A stretch of DNA of 64,000 nucleotides from an uncultured Microthrixaceae bacterium (GTDB lineage: Bacteria > Actinomycetota > Acidimicrobiia > Acidimicrobiales > DATDAH01), in NCBI GenBank assembly GCA_963823495.1, contig CAWGLV010000001.1, forward strand, positions 1,283,878 to 1,347,877, given 5' to 3'. The notes under the pieces are model-generated. The model saw only the letters and a program-made list of their open reading frames with translations, did not search any database and was not told the origin of the DNA. A program made the translations under genes and the position numbers. The first letter of the stretch is position 1. Every line of letters starts with the position of its first letter. Below, in pieces: positions 42,857-52,654 of the stretch.

Positions 42857-42952
42857 ACGCCTCGGCCGAGTCGCCTCCGTCGACGGGTCCACGGCGGTCT
42901 GCCGGGCGCCACCGGCCCGCCGGAGCCGACGCCGGGTGGGAGGGCGGGACGA

Positions 42953-43798
42953 TCAGGGCGTCGGCTCCCACCACCAGGCGAGGCCGGTGATGCCGGGCCC
43001 GACGTGGACGACCATGACCGGCCCGAACGACCCGATGAACCAGTCCGCGTCGGGCACCTCGGCGAGGACCTCGTCGAGGAGGAGTCGGGCCCGGTCGGGG
43101 GCCTCGGCCTCCAACACGGCCAGGTGGAGGCGCCCGGCTCCCTCGGCCGGCCGGTCGGCGAGGCACCGCTCGACGATGTGGCGGCGGGCGGCGCGCTCGC
43201 CGTGCGCCGGTGCCAAGCCATGGGCGGCGCCGTCGTGGAACTCGAAGAGCGGCTTGGCGTTGAGGGCGTTCGCGGCTCGGCGGGCGAGGTTCGGGACCCG
43301 ACCGCTGCGCACGAGGTGTTCGAGGTCGTCGAGCGTGGCGACGAGGTGGACGCGCTCGATGACGGTCCGGACGGTCTCCTCGACCTCGTCGATGTCGGCG
43401 CCGTCGAGCCCCCGCCGCGCCGCCGCGAGGGCCACGAGCCCTTCACCGCCCGCCGCGGTGCGCGTGTCGATGACGCGCACGGAGCCCGGTTCGAGCCCGG
43501 CGGCCATCTCGGCGGCCGAGTAGGTGCTGCTCATCTCCGCCGAGAGCGTGAGGACGACCACGTCGTCGGCCATCCGGCGGGCCTCGTCGATGGCGGCCGC
43601 GAAGGCACCGGGGGCCGGTCCCGAGGTCGAGACGCGCCCGGACGGCAGCTGTTCCAGGAGCTCCGGCATCGGTACCGACGTGTCGGGGCGGATCTCGCCG
43701 TCGATGACCAGCGCCATCGGGACCACGACGATCCGGTGCTGTTCCACCAGCTCCATCGGCAGGGACGCGGCGCTGTCGGTGACGACGGCGACGGTCAT
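42953..43798 (-). CDS. DegV-family fatty-acid-binding protein
   Basis: MTVAVVTDSAASLP...STSGPAPGAFAAA...LSAEMSSTY...GPVMVVHVGPG. Confidence 0.85.
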   Translation of the reverse strand: MTVAVVTDSAASLPMELVEQHRIVVVPMALVIDGEIRPDTSVPMPELLEQLPSGRVSTSGPAPGAFAAAIDEARRMADDVVVLTLSAEMSSTYSAAEMAAGLEPGSVRVIDTRTAAGGEGLVALAAARRGLDGADIDEVEETVRTVIERVHLVATLDDLEHLVRSGRVPNLARRAANALNAKPLFEFHDGAAHGLAPAHGERAARRHIVERCLADRPAEGAGRLHLAVLEAEAPDRARLLLDEVLAEVPDADWFIGSFGPVMVVHVGPGITGLAWWWEPTP

Positions 43799-43914
43799 CG
43801 GCCCCGAGGCGCGGGCGAGTCGGACCCGGGCGGTCGCCATCGCCGAGGTGCTCCCACGCGTGGGACCCTACGGGGCGCGTCTCGGGTCGAGGGCACACGA
43901 CGGGTGTCGGTCGC

Positions 43915-44712
43915 GTGTCCCACCCGTACCGTCAGGTGATGGTCGACGAGGAGTGGACGACGACGAGCGACGGCGTGCGTCTCGCGGTGCGCCGCTGGGA
44001 GCCCGCGGCCGACCAGGGGACAGCGGTCGTGGTGGTCCACGGGTTCGGGGCGACCAAGGACAGCGCGAGCGTCGGCGGCGTCGCCGACGCGTTGACCGCC
44101 GACGGCCACCAGGTCCTCTCCTACACCGCACGCGGCCACGGCGAGTCCGAGGGCCACTGCACCCTCGGTGATCTCGAGCACCTCGACGTCGAGGCGGCTG
44201 TCGGCCTCGCCCGTCGATCGGCCGACCGGGTCGTGCTGGTCGGCGCGTCGATGGGCGCGATCTCGGTGCTCCGTCACGCGTCGAAGCAGGCAGCCGACGG
44301 TGTGGTCACCGTCTCGAGCCCGGCGGAGTGGAACCTCCCACGCACGGTGCAGAGCGCCGGTGCGGCGGTGCTCACCCAGACGCGACCCGGGCGGTGGCTC
44401 GCCCGCCGCGCCCTGCGGGTCCGGCTCGCGGCCCACTGGACCGACGCGGCCCCCCCGGTCGACCTGGCCCGCCGGATCGACGCGCCGCTGGCGGTCATCC
44501 ACGGCCACAAGGACGCCTTCATCAAGAGCGACGAGGCCCACAAGCTCCATGCCGCCTCCCCCGATCCGTGCCGGATCGAACTGGTCGAGCGGATGGGCCA
44601 CGCCTACGTGAGCGAATCGATCCCGGTCATCCGCGAGTGCGTGGGTTGGACCCTGTCGACGCCCTGGTCCAGCCGGGTGGATCCGGTGCCGGCCACCGCG
44701 GTGGCCGGCTGA
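43915..44712 (+). CDS. alpha/beta hydrolase
   Basis: VVVVHGFGATKDS, LVGASMGA nucleophile elbow, VIHGHKDAF, RMGHAY. Confidence 0.75.
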   Translation: MSHPYRQVMVDEEWTTTSDGVRLAVRRWEPAADQGTAVVVVHGFGATKDSASVGGVADALTADGHQVLSYTARGHGESEGHCTLGDLEHLDVEAAVGLARRSADRVVLVGASMGAISVLRHASKQAADGVVTVSSPAEWNLPRTVQSAGAAVLTQTRPGRWLARRALRVRLAAHWTDAAPPVDLARRIDAPLAVIHGHKDAFIKSDEAHKLHAASPDPCRIELVERMGHAYVSESIPVIRECVGWTLSTPWSSRVDPVPATAVAG

Positions 44713-44733
44713 CCGTCCTGGGGCGCCGCTCGC

Positions 44734-46698
44734 TCAAGCGCCGTCCGCCACCACGACCTCCGGGCCGTAGAGGAGATGGGCGTGCCGGGCGGCCCGGGCG
44801 AGCTGGAGACGAGTGACCTCCTCCGCTCCCCGGAACGTGCCGTCGGGGTACCCCGTCATGATCCCGTTGGCCACGACCCATCGCACCGCCGACTTCGAGC
44901 CCTCGGTCAGGTCGCTGATGCCGACGTTCCCGCTCCTCACCGCCGGGTCGCCGGCCAGGTGGTACAGAAGCTGAGCGAGTCGATTCCGGGTCACCGGGCG
45001 CGTCGCGCTGCCCACACCGGCGACGACGCCGGGGATCTTCCGGTCCTCCAGGATCCACCGCAGAGCTGGATCGGCGGTCTCGGTCGCGCCGCTGAGACCG
45101 TGATCCGGGGCGGACGGGATCTCGGGGGCTCCCCATGCCTGGTAGAGCGTCTGTGCCACTTCGGTGAGCGTCGCCGGCTGCTCGGGCTTGAACCTGTCGC
45201 CCACCGCCGTGATGCCCCCGATGTCGACCGCCCACCGGGCCGCCGTCTCGCCTCGGGGACCAACGTCGGCCAGATCGGCGGGCGAGGTGCGCTCGGCCTC
45301 TTCGGCCTGTTTGATCTCGCCCGCGCGCTTCGGTCCCACTCCGGCCGCCACGGTCGCCGCGCCAAGGAACGAGGCGGCGGTGGCCCCGATGAGGGCGAAG
45401 ACCTCGCCGGTGCGGCCCGACCACACCGGATCGGCGAGGTACTGATTGGTGAACACGGCGACGGCCGCGACGACGCCGGTGCCGATGGCCACCGGATTGC
45501 TGATGATCCAGTTGCCGAATTCCCGGACGGTCGACGGTCGCAGGCTCGCCGTCCGGCCTCCGAGCTGCTTGACGCCGTTGAAGAGCACGAAGGTGGCGAC
45601 GATGAGGGTTCCGATGAGGAGCGTCACGAGGACCGGCCACCGGTTGAACTGCAGCTCGACCGCCACGGGCAGGTCGATGGGCGTCACTCGCGCCCCGTTC
45701 ACCGAGATCGTTCCTCGGTACCGGCCTGCGTGCATCTCGGCGTACTGGTCCGAGAGCGGCTGGACGCACAGGCCGACGACGAGGGTCCGCCCGCGGTCGA
45801 TGATCTGGCCGGTGGCCTTGACCAGGTTCCGGTTGAGGCGGGTTCCGTCGTCCCGGCGGAGGTCGCTGAGGTACACCGGGACCGGGCCGACCCTCGCCCG
45901 GGGCGAGTCGGCCTCGAGTACGAGGCGCTGCCTCGCCCTGTCCGTGGCGGGTCGGGTTCGTCCGAGCTGGACCGTGAGACCGAGCGCTTCGTCGGACTCC
46001 TCGGGGAGGACGAAGGTCGAGGTGGTGGCGCGCGGCCTGGGGCGACCGGCGCTGGGTGGCGACGGCCCCGTCGGCCCGCTCTGGGGGGGCTGCGCCGTCT
46101 GGTCGTCGTCGATCCGGCAGGCGACGAGCGGGCCACCCTCACGATTGGTGAATGCGTCGACGAGGGTGAGGCAGGAGAGCCCGACGAAGAGCGCGACCAA
46201 GGCCACGAGGATGACGGTGCCTGCGGTGGGCGGGGTCGGCCCTCGCGGTCGTTGTGAACGCACGGCGGTCAGCAGCAGGAGAACGGCCAAGGTCAGCAGC
46301 GCGAGGCCGAGGATCAGCTTCGTCGCGTCTGCCGGGTCGAACCGCCGAGCGGCTACCGCGCTCGTCGACCCGGCGATGAGCAGGGCCAGGCTGCCTCCGA
46401 GGAGCACGAGAGCGGCCAGGGTCAGTCCGCCCGCCGCGGACCAGGACTCGGCGTCAGTCGTCTTCGGTCGCTTGGGGGGCTGTCGGCAGAGCGCCTCGGC
46501 GATCAGGCAGGCCCCGGTGAGGAGTCCGGCACCGACGAAGACCAGGCCGAGGGCCACGGCGGTCTGCTCGTCGCCGAAGTCCTGTCGTTCCCGCCAGGCC
46601 AACACGGCCCCGGCGACCATGCCTCCGAGCCCCGCGAGCAGGAGGCCCCCCGCAGCCATGGCGGCCCGCACCCGCGAGCACTCTCTGGAGCTCCCCAT
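44734..46698 (-). CDS. polytopic membrane protein with three C-terminal SLH-like repeats
   Basis: Inner ATG of ORF 44734..47010 (MGSSRECSRV...), several TM segments. The C-terminus has three repeats: ARWAVDIGGITAVGDRFKPEQPATLTEVAQTLY; ALRWILEDRKIPG...RPVTRNRLAQLLYHL; AVRWVVANGIMTGYPDGTFRGAEEVTRLQLARA. Confidence 0.6.
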   Translation of the reverse strand: MGSSRECSRVRAAMAAGGLLLAGLGGMVAGAVLAWRERQDFGDEQTAVALGLVFVGAGLLTGACLIAEALCRQPPKRPKTTDAESWSAAGGLTLAALVLLGGSLALLIAGSTSAVAARRFDPADATKLILGLALLTLAVLLLLTAVRSQRPRGPTPPTAGTVILVALVALFVGLSCLTLVDAFTNREGGPLVACRIDDDQTAQPPQSGPTGPSPPSAGRPRPRATTSTFVLPEESDEALGLTVQLGRTRPATDRARQRLVLEADSPRARVGPVPVYLSDLRRDDGTRLNRNLVKATGQIIDRGRTLVVGLCVQPLSDQYAEMHAGRYRGTISVNGARVTPIDLPVAVELQFNRWPVLVTLLIGTLIVATFVLFNGVKQLGGRTASLRPSTVREFGNWIISNPVAIGTGVVAAVAVFTNQYLADPVWSGRTGEVFALIGATAASFLGAATVAAGVGPKRAGEIKQAEEAERTSPADLADVGPRGETAARWAVDIGGITAVGDRFKPEQPATLTEVAQTLYQAWGAPEIPSAPDHGLSGATETADPALRWILEDRKIPGVVAGVGSATRPVTRNRLAQLLYHLAGDPAVRSGNVGISDLTEGSKSAVRWVVANGIMTGYPDGTFRGAEEVTRLQLARAARHAHLLYGPEVVVADGA

Positions 46699-47158
46699 GT
46701 GGTGATTCCCCCCGGTGAGACCTTGTCGAGATACTGGCAGACGGTTGCGCCGAGGCCTTCGATCCGGGCGCGAAGGCACTCGGGATCGAGCACGTCCGAA
46801 GGCACCGAGGCCCGGGTCCGGGCCGTGTGTCACCCGGGGCGACGGCCTTCGGCCCGGAGCACGGGGTCCAGTCATCGACGGAGGGCGCCCGCTCATGTTC
46901 GACCCGTGGCCGACTTCGGGCCCAAGTGCATGCGAGCGGTCTTCTCGCTGACCGGAGCCGTGCCGAGGAGGGTCCAGCCGCGCGGGTCTGCGCCACGACC
47001 GAGGGCGCACGGTCCGTCGGCCGGGGACTCACGGCGATCCGCCGACGAGGCAGCCGGCGTATCGCCGTGCCGTCGGCGCTGGCGATGGCCCTCGGCCTGA
47101 CCGTGCGGGGGCGCCGCTCGCCGACTGGGCCGGGGCCGGTGAGGCCTACGATCGTCCG

Positions 47159-48040
47159 GTGCTCCCGCTCGCGCCGTTCGGACGCACCGGCCACCACAGC
47201 AGCCGGGTGATCTTCGGCGCCGCGGCTCTCGGACGCATGCGCCAGGAGCGGGCCGACGAGCTGCTCGAGATCCTCCTGGCCGAAGGGGTGAACCACCTCG
47301 ACGTGGCCGCCTCCTACGGCGACGCCGAGCTGCGCCTGGCCCCCTGGCTCGCCGGGTACCGGGACCGGTTCTTCCTGGCCACCAAGACCGGCGAGCGCAC
47401 GGGCGAGGGGGCCCGGGCCGAGCTGGAGCGTTCCCTCGATCGCCTGGGGGTCGATCACGTCGACCTGATCCAGGCCCACAACCTGGTCGAGCCCGACGAG
47501 TGGGAGGTGGCCCACGGACCCGGCGGCGCCCTCGAGGCCCTGCAGCAGGCCCGGGACGAGGGACTCGTGCGCTTCATCGGTGTGACGGGCCACGGGCTCC
47601 GGATCCCGACCGCGCACCTGCGCAGCCTCGAGCGCTTCGACTACGACTCGGTCCTGCTGCCCTACAACCACGCTCTGTTGCGTGAGGACGGGTACCGGGC
47701 CGACGTGGAGCGGCTGCTGGGCCTCTGCGCAGACCGGGGGGTGGCCGTCCAGACGATCAAGTCCGTCGCCCGCCGGCGCTGGCCGGCCGCCGACGACGGC
47801 CCGCACTTCAGCTGGTACGAGCCCCTCCGCGATCCCGACGCCCTGGCCCGGGCCGTCCGGTTCGTCCTCGCCCGGCCGGGCCTGTTCCTGAACACCTCCA
47901 GCGACGCCCGGCTGCTCGGGCCCACCCTCGAGGCGGCCGCGGCCGGCGGCCCGGCCCCCAGCACCGAGGAGATGGAGGCCGATCTCGTCGCGCAGGGGAT
48001 CCGCCCCCTGTTCGACGGCGCCGACCTCGAGCGCATCTGA
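47159..48040 (+). CDS. aldo/keto reductase
   Basis: GVNHLDVAASYGDAE, LATKTG, LGVDHVDLIQAHN, FIGVTGH. Confidence 0.85.
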   Translation: MLPLAPFGRTGHHSSRVIFGAAALGRMRQERADELLEILLAEGVNHLDVAASYGDAELRLAPWLAGYRDRFFLATKTGERTGEGARAELERSLDRLGVDHVDLIQAHNLVEPDEWEVAHGPGGALEALQQARDEGLVRFIGVTGHGLRIPTAHLRSLERFDYDSVLLPYNHALLREDGYRADVERLLGLCADRGVAVQTIKSVARRRWPAADDGPHFSWYEPLRDPDALARAVRFVLARPGLFLNTSSDARLLGPTLEAAAAGGPAPSTEEMEADLVAQGIRPLFDGADLERI

Positions 48041-48109
48041 GGCCGGCGGAGTCCGTCGGCGCTGCGGTGGGCCCGCAGCGGGGTCGGCGGCGTGCTGCGA
48101 AGATGGGAC

Positions 48110-48799
48110 ATGGACGACCCGGACGCTGAGCACTCCTACGCCGCCGTGGCGGGGGGCCTGGACATGCCGCTGCAGGAGGCCATGCTCACCCAGCGGGCGG
48201 TGCGCCGGGTGCGGCCCGATCCCGTCGACGACGAGATCGTCCTGCGCTGCATCGAGTTGGCCCTGAAGGCGCCCACCGGCAGCAACGGCCAGAACTGGGA
48301 GTTCGTCGTCGTCAAGGACGCCGAGGTGAAGGCGGCCCTGGCCGCCCGCTACCGGCAGGCCTGGAAGATCTACGGCGGCATCGGTCACCGCGTCACCAAG
48401 GGCGACGAGTCGATGGCCAAGGTCCTGCGGGCCGTCGAGTGGCAGGTCGACCACTTCGAGGAGATCCCGGTCCTGGTCGTGGCCTGCCTCCGCGGCTCCC
48501 GGGTGCCGTTGCTGCCGACGCCACCGATCGCCGGCGCCTCGTACTACGGCTCGATCTTCCCGAGCGTGCAGAACCTGCTCCTCGCGGCCCGGGCCATGGG
48601 CCTGGGGGCGTCGCTCATCACCCTGCCCCTGTGGAGCACGACCTCGGCCCGCCGCATCCTGGGCCTGCCGATCTCGGTCCAGCCCGCCTGCGTCGTCCCC
48701 CTCGGCTGGCCCCAGGGCCGCTACGGCCCGACCACCCGCCGCCCGGTCGGCGACGTGGTGCACGTGGATCGCTTCGGCAACCGGCCCTTCAAGGACTGA
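48110..48799 (+). CDS. nitroreductase-family protein
   Basis: QRAVRRVRPDPVDDEIVLRCIELALKAPTGSNGQNWEFVVV...SIFPSVQNLLLAARAMGLGA. ORF 48092..48799, with ATG 48110 preferred. Confidence 0.8.
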   Translation: MDDPDAEHSYAAVAGGLDMPLQEAMLTQRAVRRVRPDPVDDEIVLRCIELALKAPTGSNGQNWEFVVVKDAEVKAALAARYRQAWKIYGGIGHRVTKGDESMAKVLRAVEWQVDHFEEIPVLVVACLRGSRVPLLPTPPIAGASYYGSIFPSVQNLLLAARAMGLGASLITLPLWSTTSARRILGLPISVQPACVVPLGWPQGRYGPTTRRPVGDVVHVDRFGNRPFKD

Positions 48800-48846
48800 C
48801 CCGCGGCGGCCGGGGTCGGGCCGACTGGAAGGGCGCCGCCCGTACG

Positions 48847-49476
48847 ATGCTCGGGGTGTCGACGGCCGACTTCACCATCCTGGGCCTGGCCGGGAGCCTC
48901 CGGCAGGGGTCCTACAACCGGCTCCTCCTCCGCCACACCGCCGAGGCCGCCCCCGCCGGCGTCAGCTTCGACCACTTCGACGGCCTCGGAGCGCTGCCCC
49001 ACTTCGACCAGGACCTCGAAGACGGTCCGCTGCCCGCCGCCGTGGCGGACCTGAACGACCGCATCGGTCGGGCCGACGCCCTCCTCGTGGCCACGCCGGA
49101 GTACAACGGCGCGGCACCCGGGGTTCTCAAGAACGCCCTCGACTGGGCGTCACGACCGGCGGGGGAGAGCGTGCTGGCCGGCCTGCCGGCGGCGGTGATG
49201 GGCGCCAGCCCCGGTCGCTTCGGCGCCGTCCGGGCCCAGCAGCAGGTCCGCGCCGTGCTGACCGCCATCGGCGCCGACGTGCTCGACCAGGAACTGCCCG
49301 TGGCCAAGGTCCACGAAGTCCTGGATGCCGAGGGCCGGTTGACGGACCCGGACACGGCGGCGGCGCTCAGCCACCTGGTCGCCGCCCTCGTCGCTCACGC
49401 TGGTGGCCCGGCCCCCGCCGCGGTGGCCCGGTCGGCGTCCTACAGCCGGGCCTGTCAGCTGCGCCGAGCCGGCTGA
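48847..49476 (+). CDS. NADPH-dependent FMN reductase
   Basis: Inner start of ORF 48439..49476: ILGLAGSLRQGSYNRLL...LLVATPEYNGAAPGVLKNALDWASRP. Confidence 0.8.
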   Translation: MLGVSTADFTILGLAGSLRQGSYNRLLLRHTAEAAPAGVSFDHFDGLGALPHFDQDLEDGPLPAAVADLNDRIGRADALLVATPEYNGAAPGVLKNALDWASRPAGESVLAGLPAAVMGASPGRFGAVRAQQQVRAVLTAIGADVLDQELPVAKVHEVLDAEGRLTDPDTAAALSHLVAALVAHAGGPAPAAVARSASYSRACQLRRAG

Positions 49477-49519
49477 CTGCCGTCGGCCCTGAGCGGGTGA
49501 TGTCGGCTACAACTCCGCC

Positions 49520-49735
49520 ATGGCCGAGCATCGGATCACTGTCCATCCTTCCAAGCCCCTCCGGGTCGACAACACCGACCTGGTCATCGAGGTGTTCGCC
49601 GACGACAGGAAGTACGGCGAGGTGCGAGTGAGCAGGGGCACCATCGACTGGGCGCCTCGGAACCACCACTACGGCAAGCGCTTGGCCTGGGAGGAGTTCA
49701 ACGATCTGATGGTCGAACACGGCCACGACTACTAG
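49520..49735 (+). CDS. hypothetical small protein (71 aa)
   Basis: ORF 49520..49735 in a locally less GC-rich patch. No motif recognised. Confidence 0.4.
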   Translation: MAEHRITVHPSKPLRVDNTDLVIEVFADDRKYGEVRVSRGTIDWAPRNHHYGKRLAWEEFNDLMVEHGHDY

Positions 49736-49890
49736 CCCGGGCCGGTCTGCGGCGCGAGGTCAACGCGGGTACGAAGGCGTTCTTGGGTTGGCGCCCGCCT
49801 GATCACCCGACACTTCGGCCACATGGACCTCCTCGACCTGATCGTCCGGCTCCGGGGAGGCCCACCCCGTGGGTGCTAACCTGCCGCTCG

Positions 49891-51267
49891 GTGGGCACCG
49901 GTAGACACTTCGTCGGCAGCGTCGCCGTGGCCGTGCTGGTGGGTGGTGCCGTCACGGTTGCCGGGCTCGGGTTCGGCGCTTCCGCGGCCGGCGCCGTGAT
50001 CGTCGGTGACGAGACGGCGCTGCGCGTCGCTCTGGCCGACCTGACCGAGACGTCGATCGTGCTGAGCGCCGACGTGACGGTCACCTGTGACCCCGGCGAG
50101 CTGTTGCGCCCGGCCGCGGCCGCGGACCTGATCATCGACGGCGCCGGCTTCACCATCACCCAGACGTGCGCCGGCTCGCGGGTGCTCCACACCGAGTCGC
50201 CGGTCGAGCTGAGTGACGTGACCATCACCGGTGGTGACGACACGACGGTGGGCGTGGGCGGGGGAGTGTTCGCCAACGCGTCGATCACGCTCACCGGCGT
50301 CACGATCACCGGGAACCAGACTCGCCGGCTCCCGGATATCGGCGGGAACGGTGGCGGCATGTTCTCCAACGGGACCACCGTCATCCGTTCCTCGACGATC
50401 AGTGGCAACACCGCCGCGGGCGGCACCGGCATCTTCGGCGGCCTCGGGGGCGGCATCGCCGGGAACGGCAGCTACACGGTCACTGATTCGACGATCAGCG
50501 GCAACACCGCCGGGGGCGCCGCGACCGGGGGCGGAACGGGCGGAGCCGTGTTCGGCAACGGCAGCTTCACGTTCATCCGCTCCACGATCAGCGGCAACAG
50601 TGCCGCGGCCGGGTCGACCAGCGACGGTGGGCTTGGTGGCGCCATGGCCACCAACAACGACATCACCCTGATCAGCTCCACGGTCGAGGGCAACGTGGCC
50701 CAGGGCGCGGGTTCCGCCATCGGCGGAGTCGCTGCCGGTGGCGAGCTCCTCGTGGTCAACTCGACCGTGGCCCGCAACTCCTCCGCGGTCGGCGGGGCCA
50801 ACCTCGACGGGGGGAGCTCGGCCGGTCAACCGGCCCACCTCGTCAACTCCGTCATCGCGCTGCCGCTGGGCGGGTCGTCCAACTGTGGCAACGACAACCC
50901 CGCGGCCAACACGTCCGGAGGCCACAACTACTCCGATGACGACTCCTGCGCGCTCGATGCCCCGACCGACATCGAAGAGGTCGGCGGCGACCCCGCGCTC
51001 GGCGGTCTGGCGGCGAACGGCGGGCCCACCCCGACGCTGTTGCCCGCCGCAGGCAGCCCTCTGCTCGACGCGATCCCTCCCGCTGCCTGCGAGGGTGGTC
51101 AGGCGGCCGCCACGCCGACCGATCAGCGGGGCATCGCCCGACCCCAGGGCACCGGCTGTGACATCGGCGCCGTCGAGGTCGAAGTCGCCGGACCGGGCTC
51201 CGAGCCCCAGGGCCCTGCCCCGACAGGTGCCGGGCCGCTGAGAGCCGCGCCCACCTTCACCGGCTGA
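49891..51267 (+). CDS. secreted parallel beta-helix repeat protein (choice-of-anchor-Q-like C-terminal region)
   Basis: Signal-like VGSVAVAVLVGGAVTVAGLGFGASAAGA. Repeats of the form ITLTGVTITGN / IRSSTISGNTA / VTDSTISGNTA / IRSTISGNSA / LISSTVEGN. Then DQRGIARPQGTGCDIGAVEVE. Ends in AAPTFTG. Confidence 0.7.
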   Translation: MGTGRHFVGSVAVAVLVGGAVTVAGLGFGASAAGAVIVGDETALRVALADLTETSIVLSADVTVTCDPGELLRPAAAADLIIDGAGFTITQTCAGSRVLHTESPVELSDVTITGGDDTTVGVGGGVFANASITLTGVTITGNQTRRLPDIGGNGGGMFSNGTTVIRSSTISGNTAAGGTGIFGGLGGGIAGNGSYTVTDSTISGNTAGGAATGGGTGGAVFGNGSFTFIRSTISGNSAAAGSTSDGGLGGAMATNNDITLISSTVEGNVAQGAGSAIGGVAAGGELLVVNSTVARNSSAVGGANLDGGSSAGQPAHLVNSVIALPLGGSSNCGNDNPAANTSGGHNYSDDDSCALDAPTDIEEVGGDPALGGLAANGGPTPTLLPAAGSPLLDAIPPAACEGGQAAATPTDQRGIARPQGTGCDIGAVEVEVAGPGSEPQGPAPTGAGPLRAAPTFTG

Positions 51268-51273
51268 GGTCCA

Positions 51274-51291
51274 GCCGAGCCTGTGCTCGGC
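51274..51291 (+). terminator. short GC hairpin after the beta-helix protein gene
   Basis: GCCGAGC-CTGT-GCTCGGC, a 7-bp stem located 7 nt after the stop. No U-tract. Confidence 0.3.
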
Positions 51292-51605
51292 CGCTTCGAC
51301 AGGCGGGGGGCGCGTCGGTTCGCGACGGCCCGGCGTCGTCGACCGACGTCCTACAGCGGGCGGTGGCCCAATGGGAGGCTCTCGACGTGTCCTACGAGGT
51401 GGCTACGACGCTCACGCTCCTGGGCCAGGCCCTCGTGGCCACCGGCGATGAGGCCGGGGGTCAGGCCTCGTTCGCGGCCGCCTCACCCGACAGGTCCTGG
51501 TTCTCGGTGTCGTCGCCCTCGCCCTCGCACAGGTCGCCGCGCTCACCCAAGGCTGAGGGGGCGGCGCTCGGACCGGCGGCTCGTCGAGTAGGTACGGTCG
51601 CGGCC

Positions 51606-52244
51606 ATGGCCTTCGAGGGGTGGTCGTCCGCGGCGATCGAGTTCTACGAGGGGCTGGAGGCCGACAACTCCAAGGCGTACTGGACCGAGCACAAGTCGGT
51701 GTACGAGGACGAGGTGCGGGCGCCCATGGAGGCGCTGCTCGAGAACCTGGCGCCCGAGTACGGCGAGGCCAAGGTGTTCCGGCCCTACCGGGACGTGCGC
51801 TTCAGCGCGGACAAGTCGCCCTACAAGACCGCCATCGCCGCCTCGCTCGCGGGTGGCGGGTACGTGGGGCTGTCGGCCGCCGGCCTGGGCGCCGGCCTCG
51901 GCACCTACGACATGGCCAAGGACCAACTCGAGCGTTACCGGGAGGCGGTCGACGACGAGGGGACGGGCCGGGAGCTGGAGGCGATCGTCGACGCGCTCGG
52001 GTCCGAGGGGATCGAGGTCACCAGCCGGGAGTCGCTGAAGATCGCGCCTCGCGGCTACCCCAAGGACCACCCTCGCATCGAGCTGCTGCGCCACAAGAGT
52101 CTCTACGCCTTCCGGGAGTGGGCGCCCGGCGACTGGCTCGCCACTGCTGAGGCGAAGAAGCGGGTCGTCGGTCTCCTGCGTCGAGCCCGGCCGCTCGGTG
52201 ACTGGCTGGCGACGAACGTGGGCGACTCCGAGCTGGAGCGGTAG
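51606..52244 (+). CDS. DUF2461 (TIGR02453) family protein
   Basis: Inner ATG of ORF 51363..52244: MAFEGWSSAAIEFYEGLEADNSKAYWTEHKSVYE...FRPYRDVRFSADKSPYKT. Confidence 0.8.
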   Translation: MAFEGWSSAAIEFYEGLEADNSKAYWTEHKSVYEDEVRAPMEALLENLAPEYGEAKVFRPYRDVRFSADKSPYKTAIAASLAGGGYVGLSAAGLGAGLGTYDMAKDQLERYREAVDDEGTGRELEAIVDALGSEGIEVTSRESLKIAPRGYPKDHPRIELLRHKSLYAFREWAPGDWLATAEAKKRVVGLLRRARPLGDWLATNVGDSELER

Positions 52245-52654
52245 CCCGAGCTCGGACCCATCCGGCGACCCCGGGCATCCGGAGCCGACGCCGCCAGGCC
52301 CGAGCTCCACGGCTCGTCCGAGCCGGCCAGGACGCGTAGTGGGACCGGTCCTCGGTCCGAGGCGCTGGCCGGCGCTTCTCGGCACAGGACGAGTTCCTGG
52401 TCGCCTCTTCAGCGGCGAGACCCACGAGTCGACCGACACGAACTCGGCGATGATCATGAGATGGCCGGGTCCCCACGGTCGGCGAGGAGCCGTGTCCCCC
52501 GGTGCCCATGGTGTCCAGTCGGTCAGACCGGCCGGCGCCGTCGCCGAAGGAGGGCGGGTCGGCGCAGACGGCGCGCCGCTAGCGTCGTCGCCAGGTCCCT
52601 GTGCTGGAGCGGCACCTCTCCGCTGCTGTGATCGCGGGGGCAAGGAGTGCGTCG

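Noticed and set aside
46856-46915. GAGCACGGGGTCCA ... TTCGACCCGTGGCCGAC, reminiscent of c-di-AMP (ydaO-type) riboswitch core sequences, in the 460-bp intergenic region.
   Set aside because: Only two short patches match. The ~40-nt spacing is far too small for the ~130-nt pseudo-symmetric fold. The other conserved segments are missing. The orientation would place it upstream of an aldo/keto reductase. A covariance-model scan (Rfam RF00379) would settle it.
51363-51605. N-terminal extension of ORF 51363..52244 (AQWEALDVSYEVATTLTLLGQALVATGDEAGG...), which looks faintly like a TPR or regulator fragment.
   Set aside because: DUF2461 proteins begin at the internal MAFEGW... (51606). The upstream stretch has no start context or motif. 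It may be a relic, but this cannot be supported.
52245-52654. A 410-bp gap before the P450 gene, checked for a small gene, tRNA or pseudogene.
   Set aside because: No cloverleaf-compatible sequence and no convincing protein similarity in any frame. Left unannotated.
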